64,000 nucleotides of DNA, taken from positions 1 to 64,000 of the IMG/VR virus record IMGVR_UViG_3300024308_000188; one strand, 5' to 3'. Under the pieces are notes generated by a model. It was not told the DNA's origin and made no database searches. It saw only the letters and a program-made list of their open reading frames with translations. Shown here piece after piece: positions 37,045 through 45,857 of the stretch (position 1 is its first letter; the number at the start of each line of letters is the position of its first letter). A program made the position numbers and the translations under genes.

Positions 37045-38745
37045 TCAAGAAACGTAGTGAGTTAATTCAAATGGATTTTGAGTGCGATCATCTGCATGAT
37101 AAACAGCAACAGTTAAACCTTTAGCGCTCTTACTGATCAAGCCGCCTTTAGATTTAATTGGCAACACAAAGCGAGTTGTTTTACCAGCAGCAGGTTTTGC
37201 TGTTCCATGTGTGACGATGCGTTCAAAATCGGCAGCTTCGTAGGCTAATCCTTTTGAAGCTAAACCATCGACGGCATGTTGAACGGCAGCTGAGTAAGTA
37301 GGGAAGTAAATTTGCTCACTGCTTTTTGATTGCAGTACGCTATTCGCACCACTTTGCTTACGAGCTTTTAAATCAATACGCTTGTTAAGACCATCAATGC
37401 TGGCCTGAAGTTTTTTACGACGATTAACGTCTTTTGTTTTTTCAAGCATGTCTTTCAAACGATCTATTGTTTGAACGTCACGATCAATTTCTTGATCCAA
37501 CTTTTTAACTTCTTGTTTGGCCTGTTTTACTTCAGCATTTGGAACCGTAGCTTTTGGCTTAGCTGCCGGAGCTTTAGATGCTGGCTCAGCCTTTGGTTTT
37601 TTAGCAGGAGGAACTGCTTTACCAGCTTCAGGTGATTTTGAAGGTTTTTGTTTATGAGCAGGAACTACCTGACCTGCACTTCCATTACGAATTTTTTCAT
37701 GGAAGTCAGCTAAAGCTTTTACAACCTTATCACGAAGTTTTGTTTGCTTAGCAATCTCAGCTTCTACTTTGGCTTTAGCTGGTTTTGTTTTCAACTTAGT
37801 CAACTTTTCTCTCAGTGCTTTAATAGCCTGAACAATAGCCGTGCCTTTTTCCTTCAGATTCATATAAGCTGTTTGTTGGCGTTTAGGTAACGCACTAATA
37901 TCAGACTTAGTGATCTTTCCTGTAGCAGCAGGTTTCTTAACGGCAGGAGCCTTAGCTGAAGGATTAATTTTTGGTGCAGGTTCACCAGATTTCAAAGCTT
38001 TAATCTCAGCAGAAATTTCTTTACGACGGGCAATTATTTTCTTCAGCTTTTCTTTCAAAGCAATTTTAGATGTTGCACGTTGTAAAGTGGTTAAGCGTTC
38101 TTTGCCAGCAGTAAGTTCGCCACCAAGTTTTTTGAACTCAGTCTGCAAAGCTTTGATTTGACCAGCTGCTTTTAATTCAGCACCAGTTTTCTTGGCCGGA
38201 GCTTTTTTGGTTTCGTCAATCACTTCAGTTTTTGGCTTAGGTGCTTGAGAAGGATCGATTAAAGATAAGATACGACGACCACTGATGCGGCCACCAGCAA
38301 AAGCTTTTGCAACTTTACCGTCATTACCTTTACGGAAAACCCACCAACCTTTTGATAAGGTATTTGGTGCATGTGTTTTCTTGCCCATCTTTGAGTCAAG
38401 ACCAGAAACTTTCGCACCAGGTGCAGCACTCAAAGAATCCATTTCAATTGGCTCAAGTGCAAAGATTTGTTCTTGTGTAAGATCCATATCACTTGCAGTA
38501 ACCTTGAAAACTTTAGTGGCTACGCTTGGACTCATTTTAACGTCATCTGCAATCCGCACAATAGCGAAGGTTGCACGACGATTTTTTAAAATGTAACGGC
38601 CTGGAACAGCAAACACAACACGAGATTTCGATTTTTCCGCAGCATACTTAATGCTATTCGGAATTACAACTGGTTTCTTAGCTTTTGGCTTGGCTGCATT
38701 TTTATCATGCACAGGCGTAACCTTGGCTTTAATCGGCTTTTTCAT
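37045..38745 (-). CDS. Lys/Ala-rich coiled-coil putative internal head/DNA-condensing protein
   Basis: Histone-H1-like KKPA/KAPA linkers. C-terminal domain TYSAAVQHA...KPAAGKT...FELTHYVS follows QSKSS. ATG at 38745 after AAGGA. Confidence 0.7.
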   Translation of the reverse strand: MKKPIKAKVTPVHDKNAAKPKAKKPVVIPNSIKYAAEKSKSRVVFAVPGRYILKNRRATFAIVRIADDVKMSPSVATKVFKVTASDMDLTQEQIFALEPIEMDSLSAAPGAKVSGLDSKMGKKTHAPNTLSKGWWVFRKGNDGKVAKAFAGGRISGRRILSLIDPSQAPKPKTEVIDETKKAPAKKTGAELKAAGQIKALQTEFKKLGGELTAGKERLTTLQRATSKIALKEKLKKIIARRKEISAEIKALKSGEPAPKINPSAKAPAVKKPAATGKITKSDISALPKRQQTAYMNLKEKGTAIVQAIKALREKLTKLKTKPAKAKVEAEIAKQTKLRDKVVKALADFHEKIRNGSAGQVVPAHKQKPSKSPEAGKAVPPAKKPKAEPASKAPAAKPKATVPNAEVKQAKQEVKKLDQEIDRDVQTIDRLKDMLEKTKDVNRRKKLQASIDGLNKRIDLKARKQSGANSVLQSKSSEQIYFPTYSAAVQHAVDGLASKGLAYEAADFERIVTHGTAKPAAGKTTRFVLPIKSKGGLISKSAKGLTVAVYHADDRTQNPFELTHYVS

Positions 38746-38860
38746 ACGAGTTCCTTTGTACACGGTTAATTTGTCTTACCTAACTAAATTATAGATTTAA
38801 GTGGAAAACAATGAGGGAAATGAAAAAAGCCAGCGAACACTTGGTTCAACTGGCTTTTGA

Positions 38861-39679
38861 TTAATTAAAAACAAGACTTTCAATTTTTGGATAGGTTCCA
38901 CGCTTTGCACTGTCAGGATATTTCCAGCGAATACGATCAGCATTATTTGTATCTTGAAAAACAGACAATAAAGCTTGGCCATCCATGCTAGATTCAAATG
39001 CAGGAACTGGGGATAAACTTTCAAATCTTTCTTTTGCATTAAAATAATAAGTGGCGTATTGCTCCATACGAGAAAGAAATTCGTGAGTTGATAAGCTTGA
39101 CTCAAGTGTAGAAAGATTTGCTTTTAAGTAGTTGGCGAGAAAAGCTGTGGTTCTTGAATCTACTTTGGATAATTCTTTATGATTAAAATCCAATGGAATC
39201 CAAAGTTCTTTTATTGGACTACCATTCCCACCGAAACGATGTAGACCATAAACACTTTTTCCGTCAGCAGCGTCATCAATAATTCTGTAAGTTCCTTCAG
39301 GATAATGTTTTTGGCGCAATCTAGTAGAATCCACCATAGCAAACAAATCTGGAATACTATCAGCGGCATACAGAATTTTTGAAGAATAGACTGGGCCTTG
39401 CCACCAAATTTTAAAGCGGCCTTCATCTTTTGTTTCATCACAAGAACAACCAGAACGACTTATAAGTGCGCCAGTTGTTGTGCTTACAGACACAATAGTT
39501 TGAACCGAGGATATACCTAAGCTACGTTTAAAAATGCCCATTGTGTAACGGTAAAACTTTTCGGTATTTTCCTTAAACTTTTTACCTGCTATTTGCTTAG
39601 CCTGATCCCAAAGAGCCTCAACTTCTTTTACAGATTTGCCCGTCTTTTCCGCATAAGATTTAACCACAGCATTAGGCAT
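38861..39679 (-). CDS. Protein with ChaB-like helical N-domain
   Basis: MPNAVVKSYAEKTGKSVKEVEALWDQAK...YTMGIFKR, then IV-SVS. ATG at 39679 after AGGA. Confidence 0.6.
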   Translation of the reverse strand: MPNAVVKSYAEKTGKSVKEVEALWDQAKQIAGKKFKENTEKFYRYTMGIFKRSLGISSVQTIVSVSTTTGALISRSGCSCDETKDEGRFKIWWQGPVYSSKILYAADSIPDLFAMVDSTRLRQKHYPEGTYRIIDDAADGKSVYGLHRFGGNGSPIKELWIPLDFNHKELSKVDSRTTAFLANYLKANLSTLESSLSTHEFLSRMEQYATYYFNAKERFESLSPVPAFESSMDGQALLSVFQDTNNADRIRWKYPDSAKRGTYPKIESLVFN

Positions 39680-39689
39680 AATAAATTCC

Positions 39690-40346
39690 TTAACCAAAAT
39701 TCTTGAAAACCTGAGCAAACACTTTCATGTAATCTTTACGAATGCCGTGTTTGTATATACGAATAAGAATAGGTTCATATAACTCAAGAACTTTATGCAA
39801 TTCGGTTACAGCAGCCGAATACGTAACTTGAGATAAAGAACTTTGACCGCTGTTTGACATATCCAAATAAAACTTAGCGCAAGCGTATAACAGATTAGCT
39901 ATATTTTCGCTTTTAAAGTTTGCGATCATTCTAACACTATCAAGTAACTCTCTGCGAAGTTTTGAAGCTACTTCTATATACTGGGTTTCATTATTCGCTT
40001 GTATTAGTGAAGGATTGGCAATAAGTGAGGTAGAACATTTTGCTATAAATTCTTTAACCCACTCGCTATCTTTACTTTTCCACGGAGAAGTACCGTATAA
40101 AATTCTGCGTTTGAGATTTGAGATTTCAAGATCAAACTTTGCAACCTCTTCCTGAAGATTTCGTTTACGAGTATTAAAGCTTTTATCACTTTCTATTTCG
40201 TTTGCGTCCTGAGTTGTGGCGTTTACCACACGGTCGATTTCACCTAAAGCACGTACTACGGATTGACGCTCAAGGTACAACGCGCAAATTCTTTGAAACT
40301 CTTCATCTTCTTGACTTGATTCTGAAATGAATACACGAATTTTCAT
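39690..40346 (-). CDS. Helical protein with S-x-S leader
   Basis: N-terminus MKIRVFI-SES-SQ. Confidence 0.7.
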   Translation of the reverse strand: MKIRVFISESSQEDEEFQRICALYLERQSVVRALGEIDRVVNATTQDANEIESDKSFNTRKRNLQEEVAKFDLEISNLKRRILYGTSPWKSKDSEWVKEFIAKCSTSLIANPSLIQANNETQYIEVASKLRRELLDSVRMIANFKSENIANLLYACAKFYLDMSNSGQSSLSQVTYSAAVTELHKVLELYEPILIRIYKHGIRKDYMKVFAQVFKNFG

Positions 40347-40374
40347 ATTTGTTCCTTAGTGGAAACCTTATTAG

Positions 40375-40399
40375 AAAGAGCACCCAAAAGAATGCTCTT
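40375..40399 (-). terminator. Intrinsic terminator-like hairpin
   Basis: Minus strand AAGAGCATTC-TTTT-GGGTGCTCTT-T. Confidence 0.65.
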
Positions 40400-40550
40400 G
40401 AAATAAAGTTTAGATAAGAAGTGCCTTCATAATGATCTCCAGTTAAAGTTGATCAAATCACTGACTCTATGCAGCGGAGCGGTTGCTCTACTACCTTCTT
40501 TAACGTGGTGTAGTTACCACGAGATATGGATCACCTCCTTATCCTATGGA
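40400..40550 (-). ncRNA. Candidate structured RNA with a perfect extended Shine-Dalgarno and minigenes
   Basis: TAAGGAGGTGATCCA at 40541-40527, three hairpins, and the GGAG-preceded minigene MKALLI* at 40430-40410. Confidence 0.4.
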
Positions 40551-40554
40551 AAAA

Positions 40555-41775
40555 TTATTTAAGTAAGGGAGCGACAATTTTGCTGATAACAGCTTTACTA
40601 ATTGGTTTACTCATGTCAAAAGTTTCACCAAAACTGGCCTTATACTTAGTCATGTGCATCATCTTACCATTTTTGATTCCGAAACGTGCTTTAACGGTTC
40701 CGCGACGTGGATGATAAAAACTAATGCCACCAGGTGTAGGTATTAAGTCAATACCTTTTGCCTTAAGATCTTTGCCGAATTTATCAACAACATATTGACT
40801 TGCTTCATTGAATTTTCCTGTTGACGCAGGTTTTTCAACAGTATTGGTTTTGATCTTAAGATTCTTGGTAATAGCCTCCAAAACTTCTGCGTTAGTTCCT
40901 TTCACCAGTTTATGGTTAGTAACCTTAGTAGATTTCGGCCCATCCTCTTCGATCATTACAATGCCAGTACCGACATAAATATTTAGTTTATTGTTGCCGC
41001 CTACAGTAATCATATTGATAGGTAAGGAAACAGCAAAGTGATTGTATCTGTGTGCAGGTACATTAGGTGACGGACTAAAGTGCTCACGTACACGAGCTTT
41101 AATAGTCATGCCATCACCGAAAGCTTTTTTCAAGCTACGTGCAATAGAGGCTCCTAATTTCTTCACTGAATCTGCGTCTTTGTACAAAACCATATCCAAC
41201 TCTTTTACAGCATTACCAGTTATTTTTGCTAACTGGTAAACATCAGCATCCGTATCTTTATAAAGTTTCAATTCGATTGCACGATCTAAAACTTCTGACC
41301 AAATATCGTCGGCAGTGACAGGATTTCTCACTGCTTTTTCTGTGGTCTTAGAACGCATAAAATTCCGAACACCCATACCAAGGCCATGATGCGATCTGGC
41401 ATAGGCTTTAGCACGATCTGTTTTATTCAGTTGAGCTAAAGTAGCTATAGCTTCTGGAAATTCTTTTGCCACCAAACGTACAGTTGCATCAGAGAAAAGC
41501 TGTTTCTTTGTTTTTGAATCAGCAGCTGAAGGTTTAACCTTAACTTCACGGGAATCAGCTTTACCAAGCTTAGCAATCTGAGCAAACACACGTTTGATTT
41601 CTGCGCCATTGAATTCTTTCTTTTGCAATTTTTCTGTAATAGTATCAGGTGTTGCTTTGCCAGTAAACTTAACCAGAACTTTATCGTCAACAGACACTTC
41701 AAAACTGGTGCCAACTTGATTTACTACAATATCACGCTTACGCGCTGAGGTTGATGTGAATACACGAATTTTCAT
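40555..41775 (-). CDS. Basic multidomain protein with S-x-S leader
   Basis: MKIRVFT-STS-AR. Internal HHGLGMGVRN...ADDIW segment. Confidence 0.7.
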   Translation of the reverse strand: MKIRVFTSTSARKRDIVVNQVGTSFEVSVDDKVLVKFTGKATPDTITEKLQKKEFNGAEIKRVFAQIAKLGKADSREVKVKPSAADSKTKKQLFSDATVRLVAKEFPEAIATLAQLNKTDRAKAYARSHHGLGMGVRNFMRSKTTEKAVRNPVTADDIWSEVLDRAIELKLYKDTDADVYQLAKITGNAVKELDMVLYKDADSVKKLGASIARSLKKAFGDGMTIKARVREHFSPSPNVPAHRYNHFAVSLPINMITVGGNNKLNIYVGTGIVMIEEDGPKSTKVTNHKLVKGTNAEVLEAITKNLKIKTNTVEKPASTGKFNEASQYVVDKFGKDLKAKGIDLIPTPGGISFYHPRRGTVKARFGIKNGKMMHMTKYKASFGETFDMSKPISKAVISKIVAPLLK

Positions 41776-41802
41776 TTTTGATTTCCTTTAACTAAAATAT
41801 TT

Positions 41803-41849
41803 AATTACTTGAATTCTTTTTAGAGCGACCAATTACTTGAATTCTTTTT
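41803..41849. repeat. 19-bp direct repeat duplicating a gene 3' end
   Basis: aattacttgaattcttttt at 41803-41821 and 41831-41849. Confidence 0.9.
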
Positions 41850-42510
41850 TCACTGGACGACCCTGAGAAGGTCGAGATTTTTGATCCAGCTTTAGTTTGA
41901 CAGTTATATAAACTTCGTCTGTGCCGACAGTGCTTGTCATTTGTGGATAGTCAACAACTTCCATACTAAAACTTCTGACATCATGTGTTTTAGTATTTTT
42001 AGCAACAAGCTTATCAATGCGGTCAGCAAAAGCCAGTTTACATTTAGCTGCAACTTCAAGACCTTTATCTTGAACAATATTCTCTTTCTGACGAGTCATT
42101 TGTTGGATTGCTACATTCCAACCGAAGTCTGCGGTCTTAGATTTTTTAGCAGGTGCTCCAACTGATTTGGCTTTAGCCATTCTTTTTAATGTAGCAATTG
42201 CTTTGGTAGCAGCACCAGAGCTAAAGTGGAGACAATAGCCAGTTTTATCCACAGCAGAAGTTATATGTGCTGGATTGACTCCGAGCAAAGTAGCTAACTC
42301 TTCAACTTTATTTTGAGCAACGTGTGATTTACGTGCAAGTCGGATAGCATAAGCTAATCCATCAATGGTCTTAACAAAAGGTTTAGTTACCTTTAGTTCC
42401 CTGATCAATTTATTATCTGACTCAAACAATAAGGAACCTAATTCAGCAAGTTTTGCTTTAAATGCACGAGTTGTCGAAGCAGATTCAGAAATTAATATAT
42501 TAACCTTCAT
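41833..42510 (-). CDS. Basic protein with S-x-S leader
   Basis: Start at ATG 42510: MKVNILI-SES-AS. Confidence 0.7.
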   Translation of the reverse strand: MKVNILISESASTTRAFKAKLAELGSLLFESDNKLIRELKVTKPFVKTIDGLAYAIRLARKSHVAQNKVEELATLLGVNPAHITSAVDKTGYCLHFSSGAATKAIATLKRMAKAKSVGAPAKKSKTADFGWNVAIQQMTRQKENIVQDKGLEVAAKCKLAFADRIDKLVAKNTKTHDVRSFSMEVVDYPQMTSTVGTDEVYITVKLKLDQKSRPSQGRPVKKEFK

Positions 42511-42518
42511 AGAATTCC

Positions 42519-42851
42519 CTACCAAAGATCGTTGTATGCCCAATACGCAGCTTGCCATTTATCTTTATAAGCTGGCTTACCATTAGACTTTAAGATGCCA
42601 CGAAATCTTTTGCGAAAATTTTCTCTACGTTCAGGATCTTTGTGAGTAGTGAAATCTTCATAGTCAACATGGCCATACTTTATTAGTTTAAAATTATTTC
42701 CTTTACGTGCTAATACCGCACGTTTGTAGCGCTTATCCTTTATTTCAATGGGTTTATCAAAATCAATGAAAGTCATTCCCTTGTATACAAGTTTACCATT
42801 TTCTTTTTGAATACTGTCTACACTTGTACAAAGACTCACAAGAATTTTCAT
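42519..42851 (-). CDS. Tlr6F/DUF5754-like small basic protein with leader variant
   Basis: MKILV-SLC, then KLIKYGHVDYEDFTTHKDPERRENFRKRF...AAYWAYNDLW. Confidence 0.65.
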   Translation of the reverse strand: MKILVSLCTSVDSIQKENGKLVYKGMTFIDFDKPIEIKDKRYKRAVLARKGNNFKLIKYGHVDYEDFTTHKDPERRENFRKRFRGILKSNGKPAYKDKWQAAYWAYNDLW

Positions 42852-42865
42852 AAGCTCACCTAAAG

Positions 42866-42883
42866 AAAAGGGCCGAAGCCCTT
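42866..42883 (-). terminator. Intrinsic terminator with cUUCGg loop
   Basis: Minus strand AAGGGCTTCGGCCCTTTT. Confidence 0.8.
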
Positions 42884-43040
42884 AATTAAACTTCGATTTA
42901 CGCATAAAGGCAAAGGGGCCAGTTTTTTGTTTAAGGCGTGCATGAATCTCAGGAATTTCATCAACTAATTTTTGTTGACGTTTATTGCGCTGATCTTCAG
43001 GAATTTTCTTAGCAAGATTAGCCACCATGAGTTTTTTCAT
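42882..43040 (-). CDS. Small basic protein (52 aa), below the ORF-track cutoff
   Basis: MKKLMVANLAKKIPEDQRNKRQQKLVDEIPEIHARLKQKTGPFAFMRKSKFN*. Fills the gap between 43043 and the terminator. Confidence 0.55.
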   Translation of the reverse strand: MKKLMVANLAKKIPEDQRNKRQQKLVDEIPEIHARLKQKTGPFAFMRKSKFN

Positions 43041-43042
43041 TC

Positions 43043-43645
43043 TTACTCTTCCGCTTGAACTTTACTTAGCTTACTTAAAAGCTGTCTACCAAGCTGATTC
43101 TTAAATTTATCCAACTTACCAGGAGTCTTTAAAACATCCAAAGCTTTCTGGTGAGCAAGCTTTAACTCTTTGTAGTTATCTCGTTCACGCTCAAAAGTAG
43201 CTAAAGCTTTCTTTTTGGCGATAGGATTAGTTGCGTTTTCTGCATCTTTCTTTGCTTTCAACGCTCTATTTTTGTGACTTTCCAGTGAAGCAGTTGTTTC
43301 TTCACTATCAGCATCCAAACCAAACTCTTCCATAGCGCCAGAAAATCTTTTGGCGAAACTTTGCTGCAAATCGTCATCCAGTTTAGATACTTCTTTTAAT
43401 AGATTAGGATCTAAACCTTTAGATGCTTCTGCAAATCTAGGATCTAAGCCGGATGCGAATTGGCCAGTCCTTGATTTACGTTCCTTATGTTTTGCCATAC
43501 GCATATGATGTTTAGCGTACTGACTATTTGGATGTTCTTCAATATATTCTTTTTTAGCTTCGTCTGAAAGTTCATCAAACCAATTGGAGCCTCCAATTTT
43601 TTTAGGTTTGTTATTTGAAGAGCTAATAAATACTTTGATTTTCAT
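43043..43645 (-). CDS. Protein with S-x-S leader and WFxxLS...YIxxHPxS motif
   Basis: MKIKVFI-SSS-N, then NWFDELSDEAKKEYIEEHPNSQYAK. Confidence 0.7.
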   Translation of the reverse strand: MKIKVFISSSNNKPKKIGGSNWFDELSDEAKKEYIEEHPNSQYAKHHMRMAKHKERKSRTGQFASGLDPRFAEASKGLDPNLLKEVSKLDDDLQQSFAKRFSGAMEEFGLDADSEETTASLESHKNRALKAKKDAENATNPIAKKKALATFERERDNYKELKLAHQKALDVLKTPGKLDKFKNQLGRQLLSKLSKVQAEE

Positions 43646-43682
43646 AGGGCCGCCTTAATAGTAGGAATCGAACGCATTAAGT

Positions 43683-44510
43683 TCATACATCAAACTTTTT
43701 CTGTGCAGCAGCTGAAGTAAAGAACCAATTATATCCTTTAAGGACTCTTTTGGTTACAGGATCTTTAGCTGACCACGTAAGAATCTTTGAGCGTTTACCT
43801 GCTAATACAGCAAAAATCGAAGCGGTTTCACCGATCTTTGGTCTGACTGAACGGGCTTCACTTAAAGTTTTTTTCTTTGTTTCTTTACCTTCAATAACAA
43901 CTAAATAACTATAGCCTTGTGCTTTAAGTTCAGCACGTTTCTTAGCGGATTCCGCATCGTGTATAGCATCGTTACGCTTTTTCTGAACTCCAGCTAATTC
44001 TTCACGTTGTTTTTGAAGTTTAGCTATTTGTTCATCTAAGGCTTTTATGCGTTGTTTGTCTTTTGCCTCAGTTTTGTTAAAGAATGCTGTTGTATCTTTA
44101 GAATTTGTAGTAAGTGTTATACTCTGACTTCCAACATCTTCTTTTGTTATTTTGTTTCCGATTAAACTCAAAAGTTTAGCTTTAGTTAATGTTAAAGTTG
44201 ATAAATTGCCGGGATGCTTACGTGTAAGAGAATTGTCACGCTCTGCAACAGCAACTATGGATTTAACTGATCCAGATTTAGTGCTATTCACTTCGGTTAT
44301 ACGATAGTTAGTGGCCGCCTTTGTTATAACAGGAGGCATCTTTTTGTAGCGCTCTATAGTTTCTTTCGGAATAAAGCCAATGCTCGGTCTTGGTGGAGTC
44401 TTTTTAGTTGATACTATTGTATATAAAGTAAAAGTACCGCCAACAACAATTTTCTTTTCTTGGGCAGCAGTTAAATCTGCGCTCTCAGACAACATAACTT
44501 GAATTTTCAT
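43683..44510 (-). CDS. Basic protein with S-x-S leader
   Basis: N-terminus MKIQVML-SES-AD. Confidence 0.7.
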   Translation of the reverse strand: MKIQVMLSESADLTAAQEKKIVVGGTFTLYTIVSTKKTPPRPSIGFIPKETIERYKKMPPVITKAATNYRITEVNSTKSGSVKSIVAVAERDNSLTRKHPGNLSTLTLTKAKLLSLIGNKITKEDVGSQSITLTTNSKDTTAFFNKTEAKDKQRIKALDEQIAKLQKQREELAGVQKKRNDAIHDAESAKKRAELKAQGYSYLVVIEGKETKKKTLSEARSVRPKIGETASIFAVLAGKRSKILTWSAKDPVTKRVLKGYNWFFTSAAAQKKFDV

Positions 44511-44528
44511 AAGATTTTCCTATTGAAT

Positions 44529-44927
44529 TTATTTAAGAGAAGCACTTTTGGTGCCTTTCTTAGATTTAAGAGTAGCCTTTTCGCCGTTCAACAGTTTTGC
44601 CAAAGCAGCCGCAGATAAAGGTTTAATTTCATCTTTTGAATGTTTACCTTCTGGAGCAATCAACACTCTTTTTAATTTTCCGTTGCCAGCTATTTCAACT
44701 TCTTTGATGACAAGAGTATATTTGTTTAGTTGTGGAGTTACTTTGTTATCAGCCTTACGTGTGTAAGCACCTGTAACAACCATAAGAAGTTTCGTTCCTT
44801 TGGTCATAAGTTTTTTGATTTGTGACGAAGTAAATCTGTCGTCAGCCAACTGTCTGAATTTAGAGTCAGATGCTTTAAGTCTGGCCAAAGAGTACGAACT
44901 TTGCGAAACGAATACTTTGATTTTCAT
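44529..44927 (-). CDS. Basic protein with S-x-S leader
   Basis: N-terminus MKIKVFV-SQS-SY. Confidence 0.7.
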   Translation of the reverse strand: MKIKVFVSQSSYSLARLKASDSKFRQLADDRFTSSQIKKLMTKGTKLLMVVTGAYTRKADNKVTPQLNKYTLVIKEVEIAGNGKLKRVLIAPEGKHSKDEIKPLSAAALAKLLNGEKATLKSKKGTKSASLK

Positions 44928-44936
44928 ATGTTTTCC

Positions 44937-45857
44937 TTAAATTTTAATTAAGCGATCACCAGTTGGATTTCCGTTAATTAAAAAGTTGTTATCGAAGTAT
45001 TGTTTTGCAAGTTCCCAACCATCTGTGCAGCTTAAACCACGTTCAGATTTACCGTGAACCATATACTCACACAATGTAGCCCAAGCTTCTTCATACCAAG
45101 GATAAGTATATCCTGCATGATTAAATTGATCTGGATGCAAACGTCTTGCAACCAAAGCTTGTTTGTAACGCTCCATCTGAGATTGACGTACAATGCCATC
45201 ATACATTAAAAAGTGAGCAAGCTCGTGCGTGATAACTTGAGCAAGGAATCCTGAAGTTATTGCACCTGAACGTAAGCCTTGAAGTTGATTGAAGTTCAGA
45301 ACAAGCAACTGACGCGCTTTTATAGAGGCATCGGTTTGACGACTGAAGCAAGTAGGTACTACATCAGATTTACACAGAATAAAATGATTTAAGTTGATCT
45401 TCTTCTTAAATCCTGTGTAATCTAAAGCTTGATTTACGGCCTTACGCTCAATGTCAGCTAATGGGTAGCACCATTCATTTCTTCTGCGTTCAAGATTTTC
45501 CTCAAGAAAACCTATTGCTAATGGATGCGCTTTTTTAATTGCAGGAGGTTGAAGAACAACACGGTAGTTGTAATTCAATGTTGCACTTTCGCTAACAATA
45601 TCCTTAGAGTCAATGGCAACAGGTTTAATGTTGTTTAGTGTAATCCAAACAGAATCGAACAAAGCAGGATCGCCATTAAGCATTAAGCTTTTTTCAACAA
45701 GATCTCGCAAAGTACGTTCATCAACTACAGCAACAGCGCCTTTGTCATCACGAATTTTAATACGTGAATCTAAGTACACATGCCAGAAATGATTACGCTC
45801 TATTTTAAACCATTCACCTAATTGGAATGGAGTATCTGAATTGTATCTGAATTCCAT
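44937..45857 (-). CDS. Zincin-like metallopeptidase
   Basis: VITHELAHFL followed by YEEAWATLCE. Internal IV-SES-A precedes the catalytic region. Confidence 0.7.
   Translation of the reverse strand: MEFRYNSDTPFQLGEWFKIERNHFWHVYLDSRIKIRDDKGAVAVVDERTLRDLVEKSLMLNGDPALFDSVWITLNNIKPVAIDSKDIVSESATLNYNYRVVLQPPAIKKAHPLAIGFLEENLERRRNEWCYPLADIERKAVNQALDYTGFKKKINLNHFILCKSDVVPTCFSRQTDASIKARQLLVLNFNQLQGLRSGAITSGFLAQVITHELAHFLMYDGIVRQSQMERYKQALVARRLHPDQFNHAGYTYPWYEEAWATLCEYMVHGKSERGLSCTDGWELAKQYFDNNFLINGNPTGDRLIKI

Noticed and set aside
40527-40541. 16S rRNA gene fragment or contamination
   Set aside because: The match is limited to 15 nt and the flanks are not helix-45 sequence. It is better explained as an extended Shine-Dalgarno on the minus strand.
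43683-44927. Paralogy between the 275-aa and 132-aa leader proteins
   Set aside because: Only a loose pattern similarity (ITEVNSTKSGSVKSI vs IKEVEIAGNGKLKRV), which I cannot support without a profile alignment.
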